Shown here: positions 9,719 through 18,539 of the stretch, piece after piece
How positions within the stretch are numbered: the first letter of the stretch is position 1
Layout: each line of letters starts with the position of its first letter
DNA from: Leptolyngbyaceae cyanobacterium
GTDB taxonomy: Bacteria; Cyanobacteriota; Cyanobacteriia; Phormidesmidales; Phormidesmidaceae
Assembly: GCA_965263355.1 (NCBI GenBank)
Contig: CBDHHL010000032.1
Span: 3,584,001-3,648,000 of the forward strand
Length of the DNA: 64,000 bases
Direction of reading: 5' to 3'
The notes under the pieces: generated by a model
Databases searched by the model: none
What the model was told of the DNA's origin: nothing
Seen by the model: only the letters and a program-made list of their open reading frames with translations
Made by a program: the position numbers and the translations under genes

Positions 9719-10519
9719 TTATGTTATTTTTGTTTGGGCCACGATGGGGCCGTTAGGCTGCGCAGGAACTATGGTTGATTCCACCGTTACGATCACATCT
9801 TTGACCCAAGGTTTGGATTGATAAACCTTAGGCATGTCTAATGTGTCGAATGCCTGACCCTCTGCATTGGCTTGAAACTCGCCACAGGGAATATATTCAC
9901 CTTGGCGCACGACCCATAGGGCATAGGTTTGAGTTTCTGGGAGGGGGGGGAGATTTTGGAATGCGATCGCAGCCCTTAAGTTATCTCTGTTCACAATCAT
10001 ATTGCCAGATACCTGGCCGTTGTTATCCGTGCCTTCAAAGTCGTAAAACTGTGTGGCAGGTTGTTGCAAAATTGTCTGAGCTTCCTGAGCAGGCAGGGTG
10101 GCTGAGAGTTGTTTGTCTAACTGTTGATTGGCCAACCGTAGGCGATGGTTGTTAAGCCCTAAAGCTATTGACAACAAAGCGGTCGCTGTGGCTAAAGCGC
10201 CTAACCCCCAAGTGAGGCGTAATAAACGCCTGGAATTGCTCTGGGCATTCGATGTATTGGCAACCGGTGTATCAACAGCCAATGCCTCTGTGGACGGCGT
10301 CTCAATGGCCGCCAAGATCGAGGTTTTTAGCCGTTGAGGGGGAGCCTCTAGGGGGAGTTCATTGAGAATTAACCCGACGGTCTTTTCCAGCCGGTTAACG
10401 GTTGTCCTGAGTTCAGAGCTGGTGTCGATCAACCGAGCAAATTCCATCGCATCCTCGGAAGAGAGACTGCCAGCTATATAGTCGGCGGCTAGTTGGTCTA
10501 ATCGTTGTTCAGAAGCCAT
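9719..10519 (-). CDS. Anti-sigma factor (RskA-like)
   Basis: N-terminal 'LAADYIAGSLSSED' anti-sigma domain, one TM helix, C-terminal 'NLPPLPETQTYALW'; directly after an ECF sigma gene. Confidence 0.88.
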   Translation of the reverse strand: MASEQRLDQLAADYIAGSLSSEDAMEFARLIDTSSELRTTVNRLEKTVGLILNELPLEAPPQRLKTSILAAIETPSTEALAVDTPVANTSNAQSNSRRLLRLTWGLGALATATALLSIALGLNNHRLRLANQQLDKQLSATLPAQEAQTILQQPATQFYDFEGTDNNGQVSGNMIVNRDNLRAAIAFQNLPPLPETQTYALWVVRQGEYIPCGEFQANAEGQAFDTLDMPKVYQSKPWVKDVIVTVESTIVPAQPNGPIVAQTKIT

Positions 10520-10557
10520 GGGTCACAATCGGTAATTAATCGAAAAAAGATAAACAG

Positions 10558-11148
10558 CTAATCGACTAAGTCGTAGAGTACAGTTTTCAGTTTGAGTAAG
10601 CCCTGACGCATGCGAGATTTGACTGTCCCGAGTGGAATATTCGTATGTCGGGCAATTTCAGATTGGCTGAAGCCCTCATAATAGGCCAGTGATAATAGGC
10701 TACGCTGATTATCAGGGAGTGTTTGTAAGGCCTCGCGCACCCGTTGAGAGCGTTCTCCTATAGACGCTTGTTCGACCGGTATGGAGAACCCATCGGTTGG
10801 TTTAGGCTGGGGAGCCATTCCCTTCAAGATACGCTGGCGATTGCTATGGGTACGCACACGATCGATGGCACGATTGCGGGTGATGGTGCTTAAAAAACTG
10901 CTGAGGGAGCTACGATCTGGCTCGTAGGTTTGCTTTTGCCAGAGGTTAACAAATATTTCTTGAGTAACGTCTTCAGCTTCTGAGCCATTATTGAGAATGC
11001 GAAAGGCAATGGTATAAACTAGCCGCGAATAGCGCTCATATAGAACGGTCAATGCAGCCTTATTTCCTTGTCGCAGGGATAAGACTAATGCCTTATCAGG
11101 AGCATCTGTCAAATCTGACGATTGACCTGTGAAATTATCTAAGGGCAT
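10558..11148 (-). CDS. ECF (sigma-70 group 4) RNA polymerase sigma factor
   Basis: Region 2 'EAEDVTQEIFVNLW', region 4 'YYEGFSQSEIA...PLGTVKSRMRQGL'; probable ATG at 11148. Confidence 0.92.
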   Translation of the reverse strand: MPLDNFTGQSSDLTDAPDKALVLSLRQGNKAALTVLYERYSRLVYTIAFRILNNGSEAEDVTQEIFVNLWQKQTYEPDRSSLSSFLSTITRNRAIDRVRTHSNRQRILKGMAPQPKPTDGFSIPVEQASIGERSQRVREALQTLPDNQRSLLSLAYYEGFSQSEIARHTNIPLGTVKSRMRQGLLKLKTVLYDLVD

Positions 11149-11354
11149 AGGCTCAGTACCTATGAGGTAATAACTGGTATAGGGATGAAATATAGGGGTT
11201 TGTAATGAGACAGGTTTCGAAAAAGTGAGTAGCCTCCCAGTCATTGGCGGCACTGTTTAAAGGTCATCCATAAATACGAATGAAATGTCTATCTGGATGT
11301 GTCTAACTAAATTTCGATTTTTGGGTATTTAATACGAAGGTTTTGTACAAGAAA

Positions 11355-11382
11355 TAGGTGAGCTATGTCAATAGCTCACCTT
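11355..11382 (-). terminator. Hairpin downstream of the RTX gene
   Basis: Inverted repeat AGGTGAGCTAT...ATAGCTCACCT. Confidence 0.55.
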
Positions 11383-11467
11383 AGTACCCTGAACTTATGA
11401 CTCTGGGAGGGGGTTTCAAATAGTGCTCGATAATGCTAGCAAAGCATTGATCACTATTAGTCACCCC

Positions 11468-12610
11468 TTATATATAGATAAAATCAAATGCTGTGTTCAC
11501 GTTAGTAGTGTCCTCCAGGACGCCAATTAAGTCACTGTTATAGTAAATTAACGTGTCTAGGTCGTTTGTCCCTGAAAAGTTCTGAACACCCAGACTATAG
11601 GAGCTTTCAGTGCCAGCTAAAGCGATTAGATCCCCTTCTAGACTATTGAAGTCTGTAATGGTTGCATAGCCAAATCCTTCATAGTAGGCTCCAAACGAAT
11701 CGCCCAAGAAGAAGGCATCCGCCCCAGTTCCACCGCTGAGCAGGTCGTACTCTGCTGTAGTAAAACCATAGCCAAATAGGAAATCGTTGCCACTTTCTCC
11801 CAGGAGAGTATCACTACCAGATCCTCCTGAGATGACATCGCTGCCTGTAAAGCCCAAAATGAGATCGTCACCCTCTTCGCCAAATAATTCATCATCACCT
11901 GCACCGCCATCAATGGTGTCATTTCCACTACTAGCTTCGATGAAATCGTTGCCACCAGAGCCATCTATAATATTATTGAGACTGTTGCCAACAATGTTGT
12001 CAGCTTGAGTTGTGCCAATCACATTGACAAAATTCTCAACGGAGAAGGTTTGCGTGCCGATGAAGGGGATATTATTGACTACCAGGCTATTGGCCTCTAA
12101 GTCGATGGTAAAGAAGACCTCGGTGCTATCCCCAGTGGAGCCATCAATCAGGTTGTTATATCCGGTAGCGCCAATGATTGTCTCTACACTAGCGGACTGG
12201 TCAACGCCTGCTGTACCTTTGTTGATAATGCCTTGTGCTTCCAGACTAATGGCTGTACCGAGGAAGCTATAGTCAACAACGTCCAATCCATCACCACCGT
12301 CCATGATGTCATTGCCAGTACTGCCAATCATATAGTCATCATCGGCTTCACCATAGAGAGCATCGTTGCCATTACCGCCATCGAGGGTATCGTTACCCAC
12401 ATGCCCCATTAGTAAGTCATCGCCATCTTCACCAGCCAGTAAATCATTACCATTCCAACCGTCTAATGCGTCATTGCCCGTAAATCCCAGCATCGTATCA
12501 TTGCCGTCATTGCCAAAGAGATAGTCATTGCCATCAAGACCGTCAATTTGATCATCGAGTAAGGTGCCGAAAAGAGTGTCGTCAAAAACTGAACCAGTAA
12601 AAATTGCCAT
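11468..12610 (-). CDS. Hemolysin-type calcium-binding (RTX repeat) protein
   Basis: Many GGxGxDxLx nonapeptides, very acidic, no N-terminal signal peptide, ends 'DFIYI'. Confidence 0.9.
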   Translation of the reverse strand: MAIFTGSVFDDTLFGTLLDDQIDGLDGNDYLFGNDGNDTMLGFTGNDALDGWNGNDLLAGEDGDDLLMGHVGNDTLDGGNGNDALYGEADDDYMIGSTGNDIMDGGDGLDVVDYSFLGTAISLEAQGIINKGTAGVDQSASVETIIGATGYNNLIDGSTGDSTEVFFTIDLEANSLVVNNIPFIGTQTFSVENFVNVIGTTQADNIVGNSLNNIIDGSGGNDFIEASSGNDTIDGGAGDDELFGEEGDDLILGFTGSDVISGGSGSDTLLGESGNDFLFGYGFTTAEYDLLSGGTGADAFFLGDSFGAYYEGFGYATITDFNSLEGDLIALAGTESSYSLGVQNFSGTNDLDTLIYYNSDLIGVLEDTTNVNTAFDFIYI

Positions 12611-13011
12611 TTTGCTACTGAATGTTATTTTCTCTTTTTAGTGGACGTGAGTTTATAATGGTCCCCGGTGATAAATGTGATGTTTTGAAACGTGCTGATA
12701 GCCTCTGAGTCGGAGGTTTTTTTGAGAGACTAAAAACAGTTCATATGTGAACTAAGCTCAACATGTTTTTACAATAGGAAAACTATCAATAAGAAACACT
12801 TGATTTTTTGTCTAAAATTTTTGGCAGAATCTGTAAGGTTTACTTGCGTAAATCTACACTTTGTTGAAAAGGCAGGTAATTCGAGGGTTGCCTAAGTTGT
12901 TGTGCTTAGGCAAATAAGAAGCAACTGATAGTTCTGCCAGTGAGTATGAAGCACTCTGCAATTGTGTTTGCACGAAAATACAGGCAAAAGGCGCTGTATA
13001 AATATGAAGGC

Positions 13012-13054
13012 CCAGATGATGAGATGCAGTGACTAGCTTGCTCTCATCATCTGG
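13012..13054. terminator. 13-bp-stem hairpin downstream of the NaeI-like gene
   Basis: CCAGATGATGAGA...TCTCATCATCTGG. Confidence 0.45.
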
Positions 13055-13105
13055 ACAGTCTCTATCAGCAGTTACATCAGTGCAGGAAAGAGGCGGGCTA
13101 TTAGA

Positions 13106-13594
13106 CTAGGGCCTTTTAGGTATGGCACCAGCAGGAATGAGCCATTTAATATGGCGTTTCCCTGCAGCTGAAACGCTTTTTTTCTTATCTTGATTGCTAC
13201 CGGATGTCAGCATATCCAGGTTGGTTCTAAGGAGGCCAGCCTGGAAAAAATCCTTATCTTCATCAATCCTTGTCAGTAAGCAAATTTCACCAAACGCCTC
13301 GGGGGGAATCATCCATGTTTTACCGATCGTTGCTTTTGAATCAAACTCAATATCAGTGACATAAAAGTCGAGCTTGTTGCCTCTATCCCAAACAAATTCA
13401 TGCCCCAGATAGGCTTCAACTTTCATTCCAAAAATCGTTTTTTCTGCCTTTTCAGCTTCAGCTAGTCTAGTTCTACCCATTTTTTCTGCGTCAATCACAT
13501 AGTCCATGGCTTCGCGAATGACTTTGCCATATCTCAGTTCAAAGTCATCAATTGTTCTGAGTATGGTAAACAGAGTTTGCAGAGCGTTATCCAA
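13106..13594 (-). CDS. NaeI-family type II restriction endonuclease homologue (catalytic domain only)
   Basis: 'EKTIFGMKVE...LDF...FDSK...WMIPPE...NQDKKKSVS...IKWL' resembles the NaeI Endo domain; next to a NaeI-like MTase. Confidence 0.8.
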   Translation of the reverse strand: MDNALQTLFTILRTIDDFELRYGKVIREAMDYVIDAEKMGRTRLAEAEKAEKTIFGMKVEAYLGHEFVWDRGNKLDFYVTDIEFDSKATIGKTWMIPPEAFGEICLLTRIDEDKDFFQAGLLRTNLDMLTSGSNQDKKKSVSAAGKRHIKWLIPAGAIPKRP

Positions 13595-13747
13595 AGGCCT
13601 AAATCCACGAAGACAAACACGATCGCCTCACAGTTTAACAAGTTTCTTTGATATTTCAGTTTCTTAGGCATGATTAAAGGTGAAAATATTGTTTTTCTCT
13701 CGATACACCTGTACTATAGAAATAAGCTACTTTTGAAAGTTCAACCT

Positions 13748-14764
13748 ATGCCGTTGGAGGCATCTGTGTCACAAGGATTCACCTCAATTGAAATTTGTGC
13801 TGGTGCCGGTGGTATGGCTCTAGGATTAGAACGTTCTGGATTTCAGCACCTTGCGGTTTTTGATAATGATAAGCATGCTCATGCCACGCTTTTGCACAAT
13901 CGACCACAATGGAATCCTCAGCTACGAGATGTAAAGTCACTTGATTGTTCTCATTATCAAAATATTGATCTGTTTGCAGGTGGAGTGCCGTGTCCTCCGT
14001 TCTCAATTGCAGGTCAACAAAAAGGGGGGAATGATGAACGTGATCTGTTTCCCGATGCACTGCGATTAATTAAGCAAACGCAGCCTAAAGTAGTGATTTT
14101 AGAAAATGTACGCGGTTTCTCAGGAGCGAGGTTTGCCGATTATCGTCAGCACCTCATTAGGGAGCTAGGACATCTAGGATTTACAACTCAGTGGCGGGTG
14201 TTGAAATCCTCCGACTATGGTGTGCCGCAATTGCGTCCCAGATTTATTCTGGTTGCGCTTCAACAAGAATATGTGCCATTTTTTGCATGGCCTGATGCTA
14301 TTCCTGATCCACCAACTATTGCTGATGTGATCGGTGATCTAATGGGGGCAGATGGGTGGCCAGGTATCACTGGGTGGATGAAAAAGGCTCAGTCGATTGC
14401 TCCAACGTTGGTGGGTGGGTCTAAAAAACATGGTGGGGCTGATCTGGGGCCGACCAGGGCTAAAAGGCAATGGGCAGAGTTAGGTGTGGATGGTAAAGGA
14501 ATCGCTGATGCTCCACCTGGGAGTGAAGATCCTGTGGATAAATTAACGCGTTTGACAATTCCTATGGTTGCAAGGTTGCAAGGGTTTCCTGACGATTGGG
14601 CCTTTCAGGGTGGAAAAACAGCGCAATATCGTCAAATTGGGAATGCTTTACCGCCGCTTGTTGCTCACAATGTTGGGATGGCTGTTAAGCACGCTCTTCA
14701 GAAGTTTGAGCTGGAGGTGACTGTGGATAAGCAGCTTGAGCTAGCAGGAATGAATGTAGCGTAG
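13748..14764 (+). CDS. DNA (cytosine-5)-methyltransferase, M.NaeI/NgoMIV-like (probable GCCGGC target)
   Basis: Motifs I 'ICAGAGG', IV 'GGVPCPPFS', VI 'ENVRG', VIII 'QLRPR', X 'YRQIGNA'; TRD 'PTLVGGSKKHGGADLGPTRAK'. Confidence 0.93.
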   Translation: MPLEASVSQGFTSIEICAGAGGMALGLERSGFQHLAVFDNDKHAHATLLHNRPQWNPQLRDVKSLDCSHYQNIDLFAGGVPCPPFSIAGQQKGGNDERDLFPDALRLIKQTQPKVVILENVRGFSGARFADYRQHLIRELGHLGFTTQWRVLKSSDYGVPQLRPRFILVALQQEYVPFFAWPDAIPDPPTIADVIGDLMGADGWPGITGWMKKAQSIAPTLVGGSKKHGGADLGPTRAKRQWAELGVDGKGIADAPPGSEDPVDKLTRLTIPMVARLQGFPDDWAFQGGKTAQYRQIGNALPPLVAHNVGMAVKHALQKFELEVTVDKQLELAGMNVA

Positions 14765-14855
14765 TGTCTAAAATAAGATTTCGATTAAAGTGACGATACA
14801 ACTGTTAGGTTGCCATCAGTTTTGTCTCTGCAAGTCAGCTACCCAATCAAATTCC

Positions 14856-15088
14856 TTATTGTTCTGGTTCACTCGACGGCAGAAGATCATCGCGATAGCT
14901 TTCAAAGGCTAGAAAATCAGGCATTTTTGGTAGGCCAAAATGGCATCCGGCCACTTTGAAATGGATGGATTTTGAATGATTTGTCGTAGTACTTGCAGAA
15001 TTAGTCTCTTCAGAGAAATGTTAGACTTTGCTGCCTGACAGGTTAAGTTTTGTTCTAAGTCTGAGGGGCAGTCAATGATTATTTGCAT
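14856..15088 (-). pseudogene. Frameshifted paralogue of the antitoxin at 16433-16669
   Basis: MQIIIDCPSDLEQNLTCQAAKSNISLKRLILQVLRQIIQNPSISKWPDAILAY, then a 1-nt loss near 14925; the shifted frame continues PDFLAFESYRDDLLPSSEPEQ*. Confidence 0.85.
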
Positions 15089-15181
15089 AGGTTAATGTGA
15101 AATATAAACGGCAATACGAGCAACCTTTTTACTCACATTGTCTCTTATCAGATTCCATTTTTCACGATAAGAAGTGATGTA

Positions 15182-15290
15182 CTATGAATTGTCATATTCT
15201 ATCCTCGCCTCTTAAGGAATTTCTGAAGGTTCTAAAACAACATCTTCGTAAAGCTCAGCAAAGGTACCTGTAAAGTCAATACTCTTCAAA
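15182..15290 (-). pseudogene. Remnant of a Uma2 endonuclease 3' end
   Basis: Translates LKSIDFTGTFAELYEDVVLEPSEIP*EARIEY versus LRSIDFTGTFVELYEDVVLEPSEIPEDVRVEY in the intact gene; DNA nearly identical to about 16710-16808. Confidence 0.85.
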
Positions 15291-15679
15291 GCAGATGTAT
15301 AAGCTTTTTGTGTTGTCACTTCAAGTTGTTGTTTAACAAAGTATTATCTGTTATTTTTGCAGTTAGCTAGATCAATTTTTTTATGGTACCTGTAGGTACA
15401 CGTATATTAGGTACACGTATATGTTGCCATATCAAAAGTTTGTAGCGTCAGTCTAGTTGTTACTGATGGGATTGGCGAGCTAATGAGAGTACATGGATAA
15501 CCAGGTATAAAGCGTTGGAAGCATTGATAATGTCTATTCTTTGCTTCATAGAAGTATCAAGTCTTTAAAGATTTTATTCCAGAGTGCACCTATTTTAAAG
15601 ATTACACTATTCCTACCTGTAGGGCTTTTTAGATTGTGCACACACAATTTATATCCTCTGCTGGGTACCTTAAGCCCAC

Positions 15680-15967
15680 ATGGATAATCTTTATAACTTG
15701 AAAAGTATGTCAAACTTTATCCACAAGAAACCCTCGAAAGTTAGGATGTTTCTGATAATCGCTGTCCTCAGCTTTAGCTTTATCCTGGCTGTCTACTGGA
15801 CCGCTACACAACAGGGGACTGCGCTACACCTGATTAAGTGGCAAGTAGCTATGTTTGACGGGTACTATATCAAATTAACGTTTGCTCTCGTGTTGTTGAC
15901 AATCCTGGTGCCTTGTTTGCCCATAGCGTTTGTGTTGGGCTGGTTATGCGACAGGCTAGGTTTGTAG
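15680..15967 (+). CDS. Hypothetical small membrane protein
   Basis: 95-aa ATG ORF with 2-3 hydrophobic segments. Confidence 0.5.
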   Translation: MDNLYNLKSMSNFIHKKPSKVRMFLIIAVLSFSFILAVYWTATQQGTALHLIKWQVAMFDGYYIKLTFALVLLTILVPCLPIAFVLGWLCDRLGL

Positions 15968-16028
15968 TGTGCCTGTGTTGTGAATTAAGTTATGGTGCGA
16001 TCGCTATTTGGCTAAAACTCTTTAAACG

Positions 16029-16433
16029 TTAGGTTTGTCGCCAGTTTTGTATCTGCAGGTTGGCGACCCGATCAAATTCTTTTTGGTTGGCTGTTACCAT
16101 GATTAGGCCATGACGCAAAGCTGTGGCTGCAATTAGAGCGTCGTAGGCTCCAATGGGCTTCCCTTGTTTTTTCAGGATTGAACGAACTTGGGCAGTTTGT
16201 TCGGCATCCTCCTCACTGAATTTCAAAATGGATACAGAGTTGAGTAAGCTAGTAATGGCAGGCTCAATTTTCTTCGCTCGTTGGGGATTGTTGAGTAGGC
16301 CATAGCGAAGTTCCATTACGGTGATCACTGAAACAGCGATATCGGCAGGAGACACCTGCTTAAGGCGAATTTGGGTACCTGGTTCACCTTTGATAAAGTC
16401 GCTGATAACGCAGGTATCGAGGAGATATTGCAT
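16029..16433 (-). CDS. vapC: VapC-family PIN-domain toxin
   Basis: 'YLLDTCVISD', 'ITVMELRYG', 'YDALIAATA', 'VTAN..EF'. Confidence 0.92.
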   Translation of the reverse strand: MQYLLDTCVISDFIKGEPGTQIRLKQVSPADIAVSVITVMELRYGLLNNPQRAKKIEPAITSLLNSVSILKFSEEDAEQTAQVRSILKKQGKPIGAYDALIAATALRHGLIMVTANQKEFDRVANLQIQNWRQT

Positions 16434-16669
16434 CAGAATAACTCCGGTTCGCTTGGAGGTAAAAGCTCATCGCGGTAGCTTTCGAAGGCTGGGAAATCAG
16501 GAATTGCTTCGTAAGCAAGGATTGTGTCTGGCCATTGAGGAATGGATGGTTTTTGGGTGATTTGCCGCAGTACTTGAAGGATCAGTGTGGGCAACGGAAC
16601 GTTTGATTGTTCTGCTTGACGGATTAAGTCTTGTTCTAAATCTGGGGGTAAGTCAATTGTGATTTGCAT
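16433..16669 (-). CDS. Putative antitoxin partner of VapC
   Basis: 78 aa, ribbon-helix-helix-like N-terminus 'MQITIDLPPDLEQDL'; stop overlaps the vapC start. Confidence 0.8.
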   Translation of the reverse strand: MQITIDLPPDLEQDLIRQAEQSNVPLPTLILQVLRQITQKPSIPQWPDTILAYEAIPDFPAFESYRDELLPPSEPELF

Positions 16670-16705
16670 CGCTATTCTTCATAAATTTTGTTATTTCAGA
16701 GCTGT

Positions 16706-17311
16706 CTAACCATACTCCACTCTCACATCTTCAGGAATTTCTGAAGGTTCTAAAACAACATCTTCGTAAAGTTCAACAAAGGTCCCTGTAAAGTCAATAC
16801 TCCTCAAATCAAAGGTCTCATCTTCTGATGTATAAAACTGCAAAACCCAGAGTCCAGAATCATTACGGCGAAAAATCTCCACCCGCTGATGTCGAGTGTT
16901 GATCAACACATATTCTTGCAAACTCTCTAATGCCTGATATGTCAAAAATTTATCGCCCCGGTCAAAGGCTTCTGTCGATTTAGACAACACCTCAACCACT
17001 AACTTGGGCAACCGCTTATAAGTATCCGTTTCCTGATCACGTGGATCACAGGTAACCATCACATCCGGATAAAAAAAGCGATTCCGTGTCTCCACACGTG
17101 CTTTCATATCAGAAATATACAGACGACAGCCCGTGCCCCGTATGTGTGTTCGCAGAGCAGCGAATAAGTTACCTGCTATAGTCACATGGCTATCACTAGC
17201 CCCAGCCGTAGCATAGACTTTGCCATCAGTGTACTCATGTTTGATGGAGCTTTTGGCTTCTAGCTGCAGATAATCATCGACACTTAGATACTGCTCGGGT
17301 AAAGCAACCAT
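16706..17311 (-). CDS. Uma2 family endonuclease
   Basis: 'KHEYTDG', 'FFYPDVMVTCD', 'VEVLSKSTEAFDRGDKF', 'LQEYVLI'. Confidence 0.92.
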   Translation of the reverse strand: MVALPEQYLSVDDYLQLEAKSSIKHEYTDGKVYATAGASDSHVTIAGNLFAALRTHIRGTGCRLYISDMKARVETRNRFFYPDVMVTCDPRDQETDTYKRLPKLVVEVLSKSTEAFDRGDKFLTYQALESLQEYVLINTRHQRVEIFRRNDSGLWVLQFYTSEDETFDLRSIDFTGTFVELYEDVVLEPSEIPEDVRVEYG

Positions 17312-17355
17312 GGCTACTTTGGTTAGGCTTCTACATAGTCCCATTGTAGCCCCAG

Positions 17356-18171
17356 TCAACGAGCCAATGAGTCACAAGCAGTTTGGGTTAGGTCAGCCAC
17401 TGTCGGCTCACTTAACTCTACGCCTTCCCCACCAGCTATCAGCCATAGCAAATATTCGATATTACCTGCTGGTCCTCGAATAGGTGACCAAGTCAATCCT
17501 TTGGCGTACCAGCCCAACTGTTGCGCAGCAACATACACCTGCCAGATAGCCTCTGCATGGTCTTTTGCATCTCTCACCACGCCCTTTTTACCAATTTTCT
17601 CTCTGCCTACTTCAAACTGAGGTTTGACCAACAAAACAGATTCTCTTACCCCCGTCATCAGGTTCCAAAATGCAGGGAGAACTTTCGAGAGAGAAATGAA
17701 TGAGACGTCCATTACTCCTAGATCAGGCCACTGGGTGTTTTCTTTGTATAACTCTTCTGGTGTCAGATGGCGCAAGTTGGTGCGTTCTCTCAAAATAACT
17801 CGTGGGTCCTGACGAATTTTCCAGGCTACCTGGCCATACCCTACATCGATGCCGTAGACCTGTTTCGCTCCGTTTTGCAGCAGGCAGTCGGTAAAGCCTC
17901 CAGTGGAGATGCCACCGTCAATACAAATGCGCCCTTCTACCTCTACCTCAAACTCAGCAATGGCCTTTGCTAGCTTTTCCCCACCCCGCGATACATAGGG
18001 AGATTTTTGTTTAAGGATGACGACTGCGCCTTCTTTAATCGGCGTCCCCGGCTTATCAATGACGGCATCATTCACCTTTACCTCGCCAGCTCGAATGCAT
18101 CGCTGGGCCTGCTGGCGAGATTCACATAGTCCCTGTTCTACCAGGTATATATCCAAGCGTTGTTTGGCCAT
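17356..18171 (-). CDS. tlyA: TlyA family rRNA 2'-O-methyltransferase
   Basis: S4 domain 'KQRLDIYLV', 'YVSRGGEKL', 'DGGISTGGFTD', 'DVSFISL', 'LVKPQFE', 'GNIEYL'. Confidence 0.95.
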   Translation of the reverse strand: MAKQRLDIYLVEQGLCESRQQAQRCIRAGEVKVNDAVIDKPGTPIKEGAVVILKQKSPYVSRGGEKLAKAIAEFEVEVEGRICIDGGISTGGFTDCLLQNGAKQVYGIDVGYGQVAWKIRQDPRVILRERTNLRHLTPEELYKENTQWPDLGVMDVSFISLSKVLPAFWNLMTGVRESVLLVKPQFEVGREKIGKKGVVRDAKDHAEAIWQVYVAAQQLGWYAKGLTWSPIRGPAGNIEYLLWLIAGGEGVELSEPTVADLTQTACDSLAR

Positions 18172-18539
18172 CACGGGTGGGTGGATTTAAGCATAGGCGG
18201 CAGTGCCTACCCTACCATTGGGCTCCCTACGCACCACTCACGTTCGGCTAAGGCTTCGACGGTGAACCCAGCCGAACTACGCGCACGTTGAAGCCCACTT
18301 ACCGTCCCAACTCAAATCTTTAAAGCTGACAGACTACTAGACAGTGCTGACAATTTGTCTTTAGATAGGAATGGGTAAAGAAATATTAAGTGTATTTGCT
18401 CATGAGCTGCTAACAGTTGATTGCTTATCTTACCCTGCTTCTGACCTGCTAAGAGGCTGTTGAGCGTATTAGCCCATGGGCTATTGGAGTGGACGTTGTT
18501 CTGCTCACGAAGGTTTGATTTTCAGCTGAAGGAGACCCC

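Noticed and set aside
10000..15990. Apparent absence of HIP1 sites as proof of horizontal acquisition
   Set aside because: Similar ~6-kb gaps occur in largely core regions (about 19.1-25.0 kb and 35.0-41.1 kb), so the gap alone is not informative
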